DNA from: Chthonomonadales bacterium | Lineage (GTDB): Bacteria > Armatimonadota > Chthonomonadetes > Chthonomonadales > CAJBBX01 | Direction: 5' to 3' | NCBI GenBank assembly: GCA_049967475.1 | Contig: JBMFSQ010000014.1 | Coordinates: 1-56,257 of the forward strand | Length of the DNA stretch: 56,257 bases | Shown here: one piece after another, positions 9,101-17,077 of the stretch | Position numbering within the stretch: position 1 is the stretch's first letter | Layout: each line of letters starts with the position of its first letter | The notes under the pieces: model-generated | What the model saw: only the letters and a program-made list of their open reading frames with translations | Database searches by the model: none | What the model was told of the DNA's origin: nothing | Position numbers and translations under genes: made by a program

Positions 9101-10234
9101 TTAAGCGGCCTCGGGCGCCCGCAGGTAGTACACAAAGAGCGCTATGGGCCTGTACAGGATATGGGCCATTTTCGTGAACGCCATGAGCAGCACCAGCTCC
9201 ATCGCCATGGCTGCGTGGATCAGCAGCACGAGGTCATTCACTGGGGATGCCAGGTGCACGGTTACGGCGATCTCCAGCCAGAAGCCGGTGACGCCTAGTA
9301 CGAACAGGAACACGAGCACCCACCAGTCCGGTAGGCGCGAGAAGGTTACGTTCTTTTCGACTTTGCCGAGCCGCCGCAGGATTGCTGCGGACACGCCCCA
9401 GAGCATGACCAACCCCGAGAGGGTTCCGATGATGCGGGCAGGCCAGAAAACGCTGAGATGGAGTGGGAGAACCACGAGGAACAGGAAGTCCAGCGCTGTT
9501 GCCAGCAGAAGCCCCAGGAAGCCGTACATAATGGCTAGGTGGATCCATGCCGCGCGGCGATACCAGGGCCAGCCGGGGCTGTCTTCGGTTACTTCACGGT
9601 GCCGCTTCATCGTGGCGATTTCGGCGACGACACGGCGGGCGGCGCGGAGCATCTCTGGAAGCCCTGCTTTGGCGCCTGGTGCCGGGGGCATACCCCGTGT
9701 CATCCTGCGGACAACATTCCCTGCGCCTGCCACGATCGTTAGGGCCGTAAGCACAGACACGGCGAGACCGATGGTATGGATCGCCTCGTAAGACACACTT
9801 TGGAAGAGCCAGTGGCCGGGATTGTGCCCCATCTTGGTGGTGGCGAGGAAGGCGGCCATGACGATGCCCACCAGAAGGGTTATGAGCACTGCTGCCACGC
9901 CGCTTTGATACATGATCCTGGCGATGCCGCTGGGTTCATTTGCAGCAATAGCGTACCGGCGGACGGCTGCCATGTATTCGCCGGGTTCTGCTTGGCGCGG
10001 GCAGGTGTCCGAGCACTCTCCGCAGTAATAGCAGAGCCACGTCTCCGGGCTCTGGAGCAGGGCTTCGCGGTTCCCAATTTGCCCCATCCGAATGAGCCGC
10101 CGCGGGAAGGAGCCGTTCTCCGTAGAGAGAGGGCACACCGCCGTACAGTTGCCGCAATTGAAGCACGCCGAAATATCGAAGGCGCCGTATCGTTTGATTT
10201 CCCGGATCAATCCCGGGTTCACTGTAATGCTCAT
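9101..10234 (-). CDS. QmoC-like protein: HdrC-type 2x[4Fe-4S] domain plus cytochrome b-type membrane domain
   Basis: CFNCGNCTAVCP and CYYCGECSDTCP motifs, about six hydrophobic helices, His residues in AIH, WIH, LIH and KMAH. Confidence 0.85.
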   Translation of the reverse strand: MSITVNPGLIREIKRYGAFDISACFNCGNCTAVCPLSTENGSFPRRLIRMGQIGNREALLQSPETWLCYYCGECSDTCPRQAEPGEYMAAVRRYAIAANEPSGIARIMYQSGVAAVLITLLVGIVMAAFLATTKMGHNPGHWLFQSVSYEAIHTIGLAVSVLTALTIVAGAGNVVRRMTRGMPPAPGAKAGLPEMLRAARRVVAEIATMKRHREVTEDSPGWPWYRRAAWIHLAIMYGFLGLLLATALDFLFLVVLPLHLSVFWPARIIGTLSGLVMLWGVSAAILRRLGKVEKNVTFSRLPDWWVLVFLFVLGVTGFWLEIAVTVHLASPVNDLVLLIHAAMAMELVLLMAFTKMAHILYRPIALFVYYLRAPEAA

Positions 10235-10303
10235 GGTTGTGTCTCCACGCGCAGGGCCGGGTGAAACGCTGCAAGGCAAGGAGCGGTGCCTGGCCGGCTG
10301 CGC

Positions 10304-10606
10304 CTATTTCTTGCGGTAGGCAACATAGTCGCCCCGCTTCTCTTCATCCTGAACGCGCCCATACTTGCGCAACGCCGTGATCCACCAGAAGACCTCGCGG
10401 GTGCTGATGCCGGTCTCAGCGGCGATCTCAGGCACTGTCTTGGCCTCCGTTGCTATAGCCTTCAGAACCGCCTGTTGCACCTTGTTCATGGCCTTCGTCT
10501 CTTCCAGGCGCTCCTTTGGGGTGGGACCGCGGCGTTCCCGCAAGACCTTCAGTTGCTCGATATACGCGGGCTTGTTCGCCCGGGCGCCGTTATCTCCATC
10601 GCTCAT
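10304..10606 (-). CDS. Small winged helix-turn-helix protein
   Basis: KTVPEIAAETGISTREVFWWITALRKYGRV wHTH pattern, tightly coupled to hdrA. Confidence 0.75.
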   Translation of the reverse strand: MSDGDNGARANKPAYIEQLKVLRERRGPTPKERLEETKAMNKVQQAVLKAIATEAKTVPEIAAETGISTREVFWWITALRKYGRVQDEEKRGDYVAYRKK

Positions 10607-10610
10607 GGAA

Positions 10611-12443
10611 CTATCCTCCCGCCGCTACGGGCTCCAAGTCGGTGATAATCTCCTCCGAGGCAATGGCATCCACCATGGCGTCAAACTGGTCCAGCGTCCA
10701 GCCGGCCAGATTGATGGCTCGAGTGGGGCAGACTGCCATGCAGGCGCCGCATCCCGCGCAAAGAGCAGGGTTCACGCTGGCGACCTTGCGTCCATCCGCC
10801 TCCACCATGACCAAGGCTCCCTTGTACGAGCACTCTGCCAGACACTTTTCGCAGCCGTCGCACTTGCTGGCGTCTACCCTGGCCACGTAAGGATCCAGTT
10901 GGATCGTCGGGTGGGCCAGCAGAATGGAAGCCTTCACCGCTGCCGCTTCTGCCGCAGCACAGGCCTCGTTGATGTCCATGGGTCCCTGGCACGTTCCGGC
11001 AAGGACGATGCCGTTGTTGGCGACCTCTACCGGGCGCAGCTTGGGATGCACTTCCTGCAAAAACCGGTCGGTGCCGGTGGGCAGCTTGAGCATGTTGACG
11101 ATGGTGGATATATCGCGCGGCATCATGCCGGTCGCCAGAACCACCATGTCCACGGGAATGGACACCTCTTCGCCCCAGGTGAGCCAATCCACTACGTTCA
11201 ACGTATGGGGCGATCCGTTGCTGCCTTTGCGGAATTCAGGCAGATGGTCGTCCTTGTAGCGGAAAAAGACCGTTCCCTTCTTGGAGGCCTTCTCGTAGTA
11301 GTCCTCATGGCCTCGTCCGTACGTACGGATGTCTTTGTAGAGGTCATAGACCTGAACATCGGGGAAGCGGTCGAGGGTTTTGTTGATTGTGTGAAGCGTG
11401 GCTGTGCAGCACACGCGGGAGCAGTATTCGTTCACCTTGCCGTCGGGTTGGGGTTTGTGGATGCCTTCTACCTGGCGGCTTCCGACACAGTGAATGAAGG
11501 CAATGCTGCGGATCTGCCGCCCGTTGAAGGTCATTCTGGCGCTGGGAGGCTGTTCCGCCAGCCATCGGTTATACTCCGGCAGGGTAAGGACTTCCGGCGC
11601 TTGGCCGTATCCGAACTCGCCCTCGTAGGGCCGATAGTGGTCGAAGCCCGTAGCCATAACGAGGGCTCCAGCGGCGATCTGTGCCGTGTCACCGGAAGCA
11701 GAGCGGATCCGCACGGTGAAGTTCCCTACATATCCTTCGATCTGCTCTACTTCGGAGTTGAGGCGCACGGTGATGCGGTCGTCGGCGCGCACAGCGGCTT
11801 CAAGCTCTTGGAGCAGAGCATGGGCGCTTTCCTCAGTGGGGTAGACCGTATCGAGTTCCGCCATCCGGCCGCCCAAAGCGCTGCTCTTTTCCACGAGCGT
11901 CACTCCGATGCCGCGCTTCGCCAAAGCCAATGCGGCGCGCATTCCGGCTACGCCTCCACCGATCACGACCACGTAGCGCTCGGCTTTCACGCGGATGGGT
12001 TCCAAGGGATCTTGGCGCCACACCTTCTCTACGCCGGCGGCGGTGAGGCGGATGGCCTTTTGAGTGGCGCCTTCATGGTCTTGCTTGTGCACCCAGGAAC
12101 ACTGTTCGCGGATATTCACGGGCTCGTATAGGTACGGGTTGAGGCCCGCCCGTTCGAGAGCCTTCCGGAAGGTGAGTTCATGCAGTTTGGGCGAACAGGC
12201 GGCGATAACCACCCGGTTCACCCCATTCTGTTTGATATCATCAATGATGAGCTGCTGGCCCGGGTCCGAGCACATGAAGACGTAGTTCCGCGCCACCTTT
12301 ACGTGGGGGTTCTTTCCAACCGTTTTGGCGACGGTCTCCACATCCACCACGTCGGAGATATTGCCTCCGCAGTGGCAAACGTATACGCCTACCTTGGGCT
12401 CTTCGGGGTCGCTGCTCTGTTCGGTCTGCTTCTTCTCGTCCAT
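10611..12443 (-). CDS. hdrA: Heterodisulfide reductase subunit A-like flavoprotein (N-terminal Cys domain and C-terminal ferredoxin)
   Basis: VCHCGGNI, ACSP, REQCSW, GGGVAG FAD motif, HCVGSR..YCSRVCC and C-terminal CDGCEKC / CAGCGACMAVCP. Confidence 0.9.
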   Translation of the reverse strand: MDEKKQTEQSSDPEEPKVGVYVCHCGGNISDVVDVETVAKTVGKNPHVKVARNYVFMCSDPGQQLIIDDIKQNGVNRVVIAACSPKLHELTFRKALERAGLNPYLYEPVNIREQCSWVHKQDHEGATQKAIRLTAAGVEKVWRQDPLEPIRVKAERYVVVIGGGVAGMRAALALAKRGIGVTLVEKSSALGGRMAELDTVYPTEESAHALLQELEAAVRADDRITVRLNSEVEQIEGYVGNFTVRIRSASGDTAQIAAGALVMATGFDHYRPYEGEFGYGQAPEVLTLPEYNRWLAEQPPSARMTFNGRQIRSIAFIHCVGSRQVEGIHKPQPDGKVNEYCSRVCCTATLHTINKTLDRFPDVQVYDLYKDIRTYGRGHEDYYEKASKKGTVFFRYKDDHLPEFRKGSNGSPHTLNVVDWLTWGEEVSIPVDMVVLATGMMPRDISTIVNMLKLPTGTDRFLQEVHPKLRPVEVANNGIVLAGTCQGPMDINEACAAAEAAAVKASILLAHPTIQLDPYVARVDASKCDGCEKCLAECSYKGALVMVEADGRKVASVNPALCAGCGACMAVCPTRAINLAGWTLDQFDAMVDAIASEEIITDLEPVAAGG

Positions 12444-12458
12444 GGTTGAGCCTTTCCG

Positions 12459-13757
12459 TTATGAACGCCGGGCGAGGTAATTGGCAGCCTCCTGGGCGGC
12501 GGCGCCTGCATCCATGATGGTGTCCACGATATCCTTGGGGCCGATGGCCGTGCCTGCAGCGAAAACGCCCTCCAGGGTCGTGAGGGTCGGGCTGATCTTT
12601 GCCTTGGGGGTCTTGAGGAAGCCGTCGTTATCGGCCTCCACGGGGATCATCCCGCCGTCTGAGGGCTTCCAGGCAGGAACCATGCCCAGGGAGAGCACCA
12701 CCAAGTCGTGCTTCACCTCCTCGGGCTTCGCGCCGTCTTCTTGCCTCTCGATGCGCAAGATGGGGTTGTGATCCTCGTCCTCTCTGATGCGGGCCACCTT
12801 GGCCTTGACGAACTGGATGCCCATGGCTTCCGCATTGCGGTAGAACTGCTCATAGCCCTTACCGAAAGCACGGATATCCATGTAATAGATGGTGATGTCC
12901 GCGATGGGCAGAGAGCCGGATAGCAGCATGGCCTGTTTGATTGCGTACATGCAGCATACGCGCGAGCAGTAGGGCACGCCGAGGCTTTTGTCGCGGGAAC
13001 CTGCGCATTGGACGAAGGCGATGGAGTCCGGCGTCTTGCCGTCGGAGGGCCGCATGACGCCGCCATAGGGTCCGTGGGGTGCCAGCAGCCGTTCCATCTG
13101 CAACGGAGAGATGACGTTAGGATACTCCAGCCCGCCATACTGCTTCTTCGCCCCCATGGAGGTTAGGTCGTAGCCCGTAGTGAGGATGACCGCACCGGCA
13201 TCCACCTCGATCTCTTGCGGCTCCTGGAGGAAGTTGATGCAGCCCGTGGGGCATGCCTTGGCACAGGAGCCGCAAAGCAGGCAGTTCTCCATATCGAGCA
13301 CCGGGTACTGAGGGATGGCATTGGTGAAGGGAATGGAGATGGCCTTGCGTGCGCCGAGCCCGTAATCGAACTCGTCGGGGACGAAGGTGGTGCACGCTTC
13401 CTCGCACCTCTTGCACCCGATGCAATACTGTTCCTCTATGTATCGGGGCTTCTTGGTGATCTGTGCCCTGAAGCGCCCGTTGTTTTTCTCGATGCGGTTC
13501 ACCTCGGTATAGGTGAACAGCTCAATATCGGGGTGGTGTGCTACCGAGGCCATGCGGGGCGTGGTGATGCAGCTTGCACAATCCAGCGTGGGGAACACCT
13601 TGCTCAGATTGATCATGTGCCCCCCGATGCTGGGTTCCTTCTCTACAAGGCAAACCTTCTTTCCCTGGTCTGCCAGGTCCAGCGAAGCTTGCAGCCCCGC
13701 GATGCCTGCACCTACGACCAGCACGTCCACATTGCGTTTCTGAGTGGTTGTGCTCAT
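12459..13757 (-). CDS. hdrA: Heterodisulfide reductase subunit A-like flavoprotein (short form with inserted ferredoxin)
   Basis: GAGIAG, FPTLDCASC, CIGCKRC / CLLCGSCAKACP, QCAGSRD..YCSRVCC and YMDIRAFGK. Confidence 0.9.
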   Translation of the reverse strand: MSTTTQKRNVDVLVVGAGIAGLQASLDLADQGKKVCLVEKEPSIGGHMINLSKVFPTLDCASCITTPRMASVAHHPDIELFTYTEVNRIEKNNGRFRAQITKKPRYIEEQYCIGCKRCEEACTTFVPDEFDYGLGARKAISIPFTNAIPQYPVLDMENCLLCGSCAKACPTGCINFLQEPQEIEVDAGAVILTTGYDLTSMGAKKQYGGLEYPNVISPLQMERLLAPHGPYGGVMRPSDGKTPDSIAFVQCAGSRDKSLGVPYCSRVCCMYAIKQAMLLSGSLPIADITIYYMDIRAFGKGYEQFYRNAEAMGIQFVKAKVARIREDEDHNPILRIERQEDGAKPEEVKHDLVVLSLGMVPAWKPSDGGMIPVEADNDGFLKTPKAKISPTLTTLEGVFAAGTAIGPKDIVDTIMDAGAAAQEAANYLARRS

Positions 13758-13770
13758 TGGAATTCTCCCG

Positions 13771-14154
13771 CTATGCCGCTACCTGCTGGGCCGCGATGGC
13801 GCGTTGCATCTCGCTGATCTCCTTGAGGAAAGCGGCTTTGCACACCGTGCAGATGGTGGTAAGCTTCAGGCGCGAAGGGTCAATCCCGCGTTCCCGCATG
13901 AGTTGATAGACGCGCGCTACCCGTGCCGAGAGGCGCTCATAAGCTCCCTCGTAGGGGCAATCCGAGCCGCTCGACATGATGATGATGCCGTCTATCCCCT
14001 TTTCGAAGCAGCGAAGGTAGAACTCTTCGGGGAAGAGCACAGGGTCGGGAACGCGGATAATATAAGTCCCGGGTGAATACGATAGGCGCGCCTGGCCTAC
14101 CGTGTCCGCACCGGGATAGGAACTGATCATCGTGGTGATGATAAGGATCTTCAC
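13771..14154 (-). CDS. MvhD/FlpD-like hydrogenase iron-sulfur subunit, atypical Cys pattern
   Basis: SYPGADTVGQARLSY, IIRV, GIDGIII, DCPY and GIDPSRLKL match MvhD. GTG start with an AAAGGA RBS. Confidence 0.8.
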   Translation of the reverse strand: MKILIITTMISSYPGADTVGQARLSYSPGTYIIRVPDPVLFPEEFYLRCFEKGIDGIIIMSSGSDCPYEGAYERLSARVARVYQLMRERGIDPSRLKLTTICTVCKAAFLKEISEMQRAIAAQQVAA

Positions 14155-14197
14155 TGTTCTTCGGTCCTTTCTGGACCGCCTCCGCCAAAACCGCGCG

Positions 14198-14449
14198 CTA
14201 TTTGCGGCGGATAACGTAGAGGCTGTCGTACCCGTCACGCTCTACAAAGCCCAGATACTCATGGCCGGTTTTCTTGCACCAGGCCGGAATGTCTTCGCGG
14301 CTGCCCTTGTCTCCGGATTGGATCTCGAGCGTCTGACCTACAGCCACGGATCCGATGGCCTTCTTAGCTTCCAACAACGGGCCCGGGCAGGCCATAGAAC
14401 GAGCATCTACGACCTTGCTGGGGGTAATGGTGGCGAGATCTGCAGGCAT
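14198..14449 (-). CDS. tusA: TusA/SirA-family sulfurtransferase
   Basis: VDARSMACPGPLL (CPxP motif) and DIPAWC..GHEY. Confidence 0.92.
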   Translation of the reverse strand: MPADLATITPSKVVDARSMACPGPLLEAKKAIGSVAVGQTLEIQSGDKGSREDIPAWCKKTGHEYLGFVERDGYDSLYVIRRK

Positions 14450-14598
14450 TGTGGGTTATCCTTTCTGGGTTCGTGTTTGCTTTCTAATGTTTTAGAGGCA
14501 AGCGCATAAGGTTAACTGATCTATAACATCTTCGCGCCGCGGCGGATAACCGGTAATCAAAGCACAAGCTTGCGTTAATCACTCCGCTGCGTCCTCGG

Positions 14599-14632
14599 TT
14601 ATGAGTATATCATAAGAAGTCTATGTTATCAA
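14599..14632 (-). promoter_or_regulatory. sigma70 promoter of the tusA-hdr operon, overlapped by a palindromic operator
   Basis: TTGATA (14632-14627)-N17-TATACT (14609-14604) with extended TG. Inverted repeat TTATGA-N5-TCATAA at 14599-14615. Confidence 0.75.
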
Positions 14633-14772
14633 TACCCCGGCGCAAAGATTTTCCAGCCTGATGACCCTGCAGTGTGGCTCTCCCTCCGCTTGCTTCTTCA
14701 AAAGGTTCTGAGGAGCCGGCGGCAGCAGGCCAGGGCGGCGAAGACCAGCGCCCTATTGGAACAGCCGGAGCG

Positions 14773-15645
14773 TTACCTTCGCAGGCGGTTCAGACGGATG
14801 TGCGCTACGAAACGCCGCGCTTCGGCCAGTCCCTCCCGAAAGAGCCGCCGCACCACAGCAGGCTGCGGCTGGATACCCGTACGGTAATACAGTTCCAGGG
14901 AGCGGCCCAGCGCGATCGTTCCGGCGTAGGCGAAAACTGCGTTGGCAACGAGCCCCACTCCACCCGGAACCAGGGCAGTCGCCGCACGGGCGAGGGCGCG
15001 CCACCCTAGGGCATTGCCGAGGAGCGGCACAAGATCGTGCGCCCGCGCAGCCGGATTAGCCGGAAGGTCGTGGATGGCGGCCAGGCGCAGGAGCATCTCG
15101 GCCTGGTTGCGCGTGATGACGAAGAAGTCGGCGAGTACGGTAGCGGGAATGAGGATCTCGGTAAGAGGGAATACCTCGGGCAGACCGGCAGAGAAAGCAA
15201 ACTTGGCATTCGCCCGGGCTGCATCCGTGATGACCTTCGCCGACGCCAAGGAGCGCAATCCCGGCAAACGGCGCGCCATGCTTGCAGCCAGATCGGGCCG
15301 GTCTTGGAGCATCCTATCAAAGAGCCGCGCCCAATCGCCGAGATGGGCCAGGTGGTAGGCGTTAGGCAGACTGACGAGTTCGGGCCGCGCTTCACCCGCT
15401 ACGACGATCGCATCGAAGGCCCGCCCTTCATTGGGCGGCACGCCGCCGTACTCTAGGACCAGCGATCTCGATGGGTGGATTTCCGCGCCCTGGCGAACCG
15501 GGAAGAGGAAGCTAAGGGCGCTCTCGCGCTGTTCTTTGCTTCCAACGAGGGCAAGCGAGAAGGGCCGGCGTGCCTCTTCTTCGATCTGAGTGAAGGGCAC
15601 TGCTTGAAGCGCTTTCCACAAACTGTGCAGCGAGCGCCGCTCCAT
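14773..15645 (-). CDS. Hypothetical protein, DUF697/YcjF-like C-terminal membrane-associated domain
   Basis: ADFFVITRNQAEMLLRLAAIH..VPGGVG..YAGTIALG pattern and a GGAG RBS. Confidence 0.65.
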   Translation of the reverse strand: MERRSLHSLWKALQAVPFTQIEEEARRPFSLALVGSKEQRESALSFLFPVRQGAEIHPSRSLVLEYGGVPPNEGRAFDAIVVAGEARPELVSLPNAYHLAHLGDWARLFDRMLQDRPDLAASMARRLPGLRSLASAKVITDAARANAKFAFSAGLPEVFPLTEILIPATVLADFFVITRNQAEMLLRLAAIHDLPANPAARAHDLVPLLGNALGWRALARAATALVPGGVGLVANAVFAYAGTIALGRSLELYYRTGIQPQPAVVRRLFREGLAEARRFVAHIRLNRLRR

Positions 15646-15689
15646 CGTTCTGGTCTGCCTCGGTTAGAAACCCCCTCCTCCATGCGGTC

Positions 15690-16976
15690 TCAGAGGGTTC
15701 GGAACGCCTCGGCTGCTGCCGCTAGAAGAAGGTCCAAGTCTGCCTCGGTCATAGCGTCGGACAGGAACGCAGCCTCGAATTGGGAGGGAGGCAGATAGAT
15801 GCCTCGGTCCAACATGGCTGCGTGGAAGCGGGCGAAGCGCTGCGTGTCGCTGGTTTTTGCGGAAGCGTAATCCGTAACCGGCCCGGGAGTGAAGAAGAGC
15901 GTAAACATGGACCCCACTTGATTTACCGCGGCGGGAATGCCCGCCTTGGTTGCGGCAGATCTGAGGCCCTCGGCTACATGGCGGCCTTTGTCGTTGAGGC
16001 GGCGGTACAAGCCGGCATCTTCCTCGATCATTCTCAGGGTTGCCAGCCCTGCCGCCACGGCGAGGGGATTGCCCGAGAGAGTACCCGCTTGGTACACGGG
16101 GCCCAGGGGCGCCATGCTGTCCATGATCTCGCTGCGGCCTCCATAGGCGGCGGCGGGCAATCCTCCGCCCATCACCTTGCCCAGGGTGGTGAGATCCGGA
16201 AGAACGCCCAGAAGTTCCTGAGCGCCGCCTTTTGCAACGCGGAAGCCCGTCATTACTTCGTCAAAGATCAGGATTGCCCCGGCTTGCGTGCAAAGATCCC
16301 GCAACCCCTCCAGGAAGCCGGAGCAGGGCGGCACGCATCCCATGTTTCCTGCGACGGGTTCCACGATGACGCAAGCGATCTGGTTTCCATGGCTCCGGAA
16401 AACCGAGCGCGCGGCATCCAGGTCGTTATAGGGTACGGTGACGGTGTCATAGGCGACACTGGGCGGGACGCCTGCGCTGTCCGGCAGCCCCAATGTGGCT
16501 ACGCCCGATCCGCTCTTGGCCAACAGATAATCCGCATGCCCGTGGTAGCATCCCTCGAATTTCAGGATCTTGGCTCGGCCGGTGAAACCCCGCGCGGCCC
16601 GAATGGCGCTCATCGTAGCTTCGGTGCCGCTGGACACCAGCCGCACCTTGCCGCACGAGGGAACCAGACGTTGCAGCGTTTCGGCCATGACTACCTCGGC
16701 TTCGGTAGGGGCGCCGTACGTGGTGCCGCGGTCGAGTTGCTCCATTACCGCATGGCGTACGGGCGGGGGTGTATGTCCGAAGATCAGGGGCCCCCAGCTC
16801 CCAACGCAGTCCAGAAACCGATTGCCGTCTACATCGGTCAGGTAGGCTCCATCGCCCCGGGCAATGAACAAAGGCTCGCCTCCTACTGCCCGGAAGGCGC
16901 GAACCGGCGAGTTCACTCCCCCTGGGATCGCGCGCAGAGCCCTCTCCATCAGTTCTCGCGACCGTGTACGGTCCAT
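15690..16976 (-). CDS. hemL: Glutamate-1-semialdehyde 2,1-aminomutase
   Basis: [47 protein letters not shown] and [16 protein letters not shown]. Confidence 0.97.
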   Translation of the reverse strand: MDRTRSRELMERALRAIPGGVNSPVRAFRAVGGEPLFIARGDGAYLTDVDGNRFLDCVGSWGPLIFGHTPPPVRHAVMEQLDRGTTYGAPTEAEVVMAETLQRLVPSCGKVRLVSSGTEATMSAIRAARGFTGRAKILKFEGCYHGHADYLLAKSGSGVATLGLPDSAGVPPSVAYDTVTVPYNDLDAARSVFRSHGNQIACVIVEPVAGNMGCVPPCSGFLEGLRDLCTQAGAILIFDEVMTGFRVAKGGAQELLGVLPDLTTLGKVMGGGLPAAAYGGRSEIMDSMAPLGPVYQAGTLSGNPLAVAAGLATLRMIEEDAGLYRRLNDKGRHVAEGLRSAATKAGIPAAVNQVGSMFTLFFTPGPVTDYASAKTSDTQRFARFHAAMLDRGIYLPPSQFEAAFLSDAMTEADLDLLLAAAAEAFRTL

Positions 16977-17042
16977 TCCAGCCTCCTTTGTACAACCCGC
17001 CGCATTATACCTTTCCGTAGGCGCCTTGAACGAAGCAGGGGG

Positions 17043-17071
17043 TTGCAGTCGGAGCCTCTGAGCCGTACAAT
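17043..17071 (+). promoter_or_regulatory. sigma70 promoter, probably leaderless
   Basis: TTGCAG-N17-TACAAT ending 6 nt before ATG 17078. Confidence 0.55.
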
Positions 17072-17077
17072 AGGACC

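Noticed and set aside
10611..14154. Selenocysteine recoding in HdrA/MvhD
   Set aside because: No in-frame TGA. The relevant positions are Cys, Ser, Thr or Asp codons.
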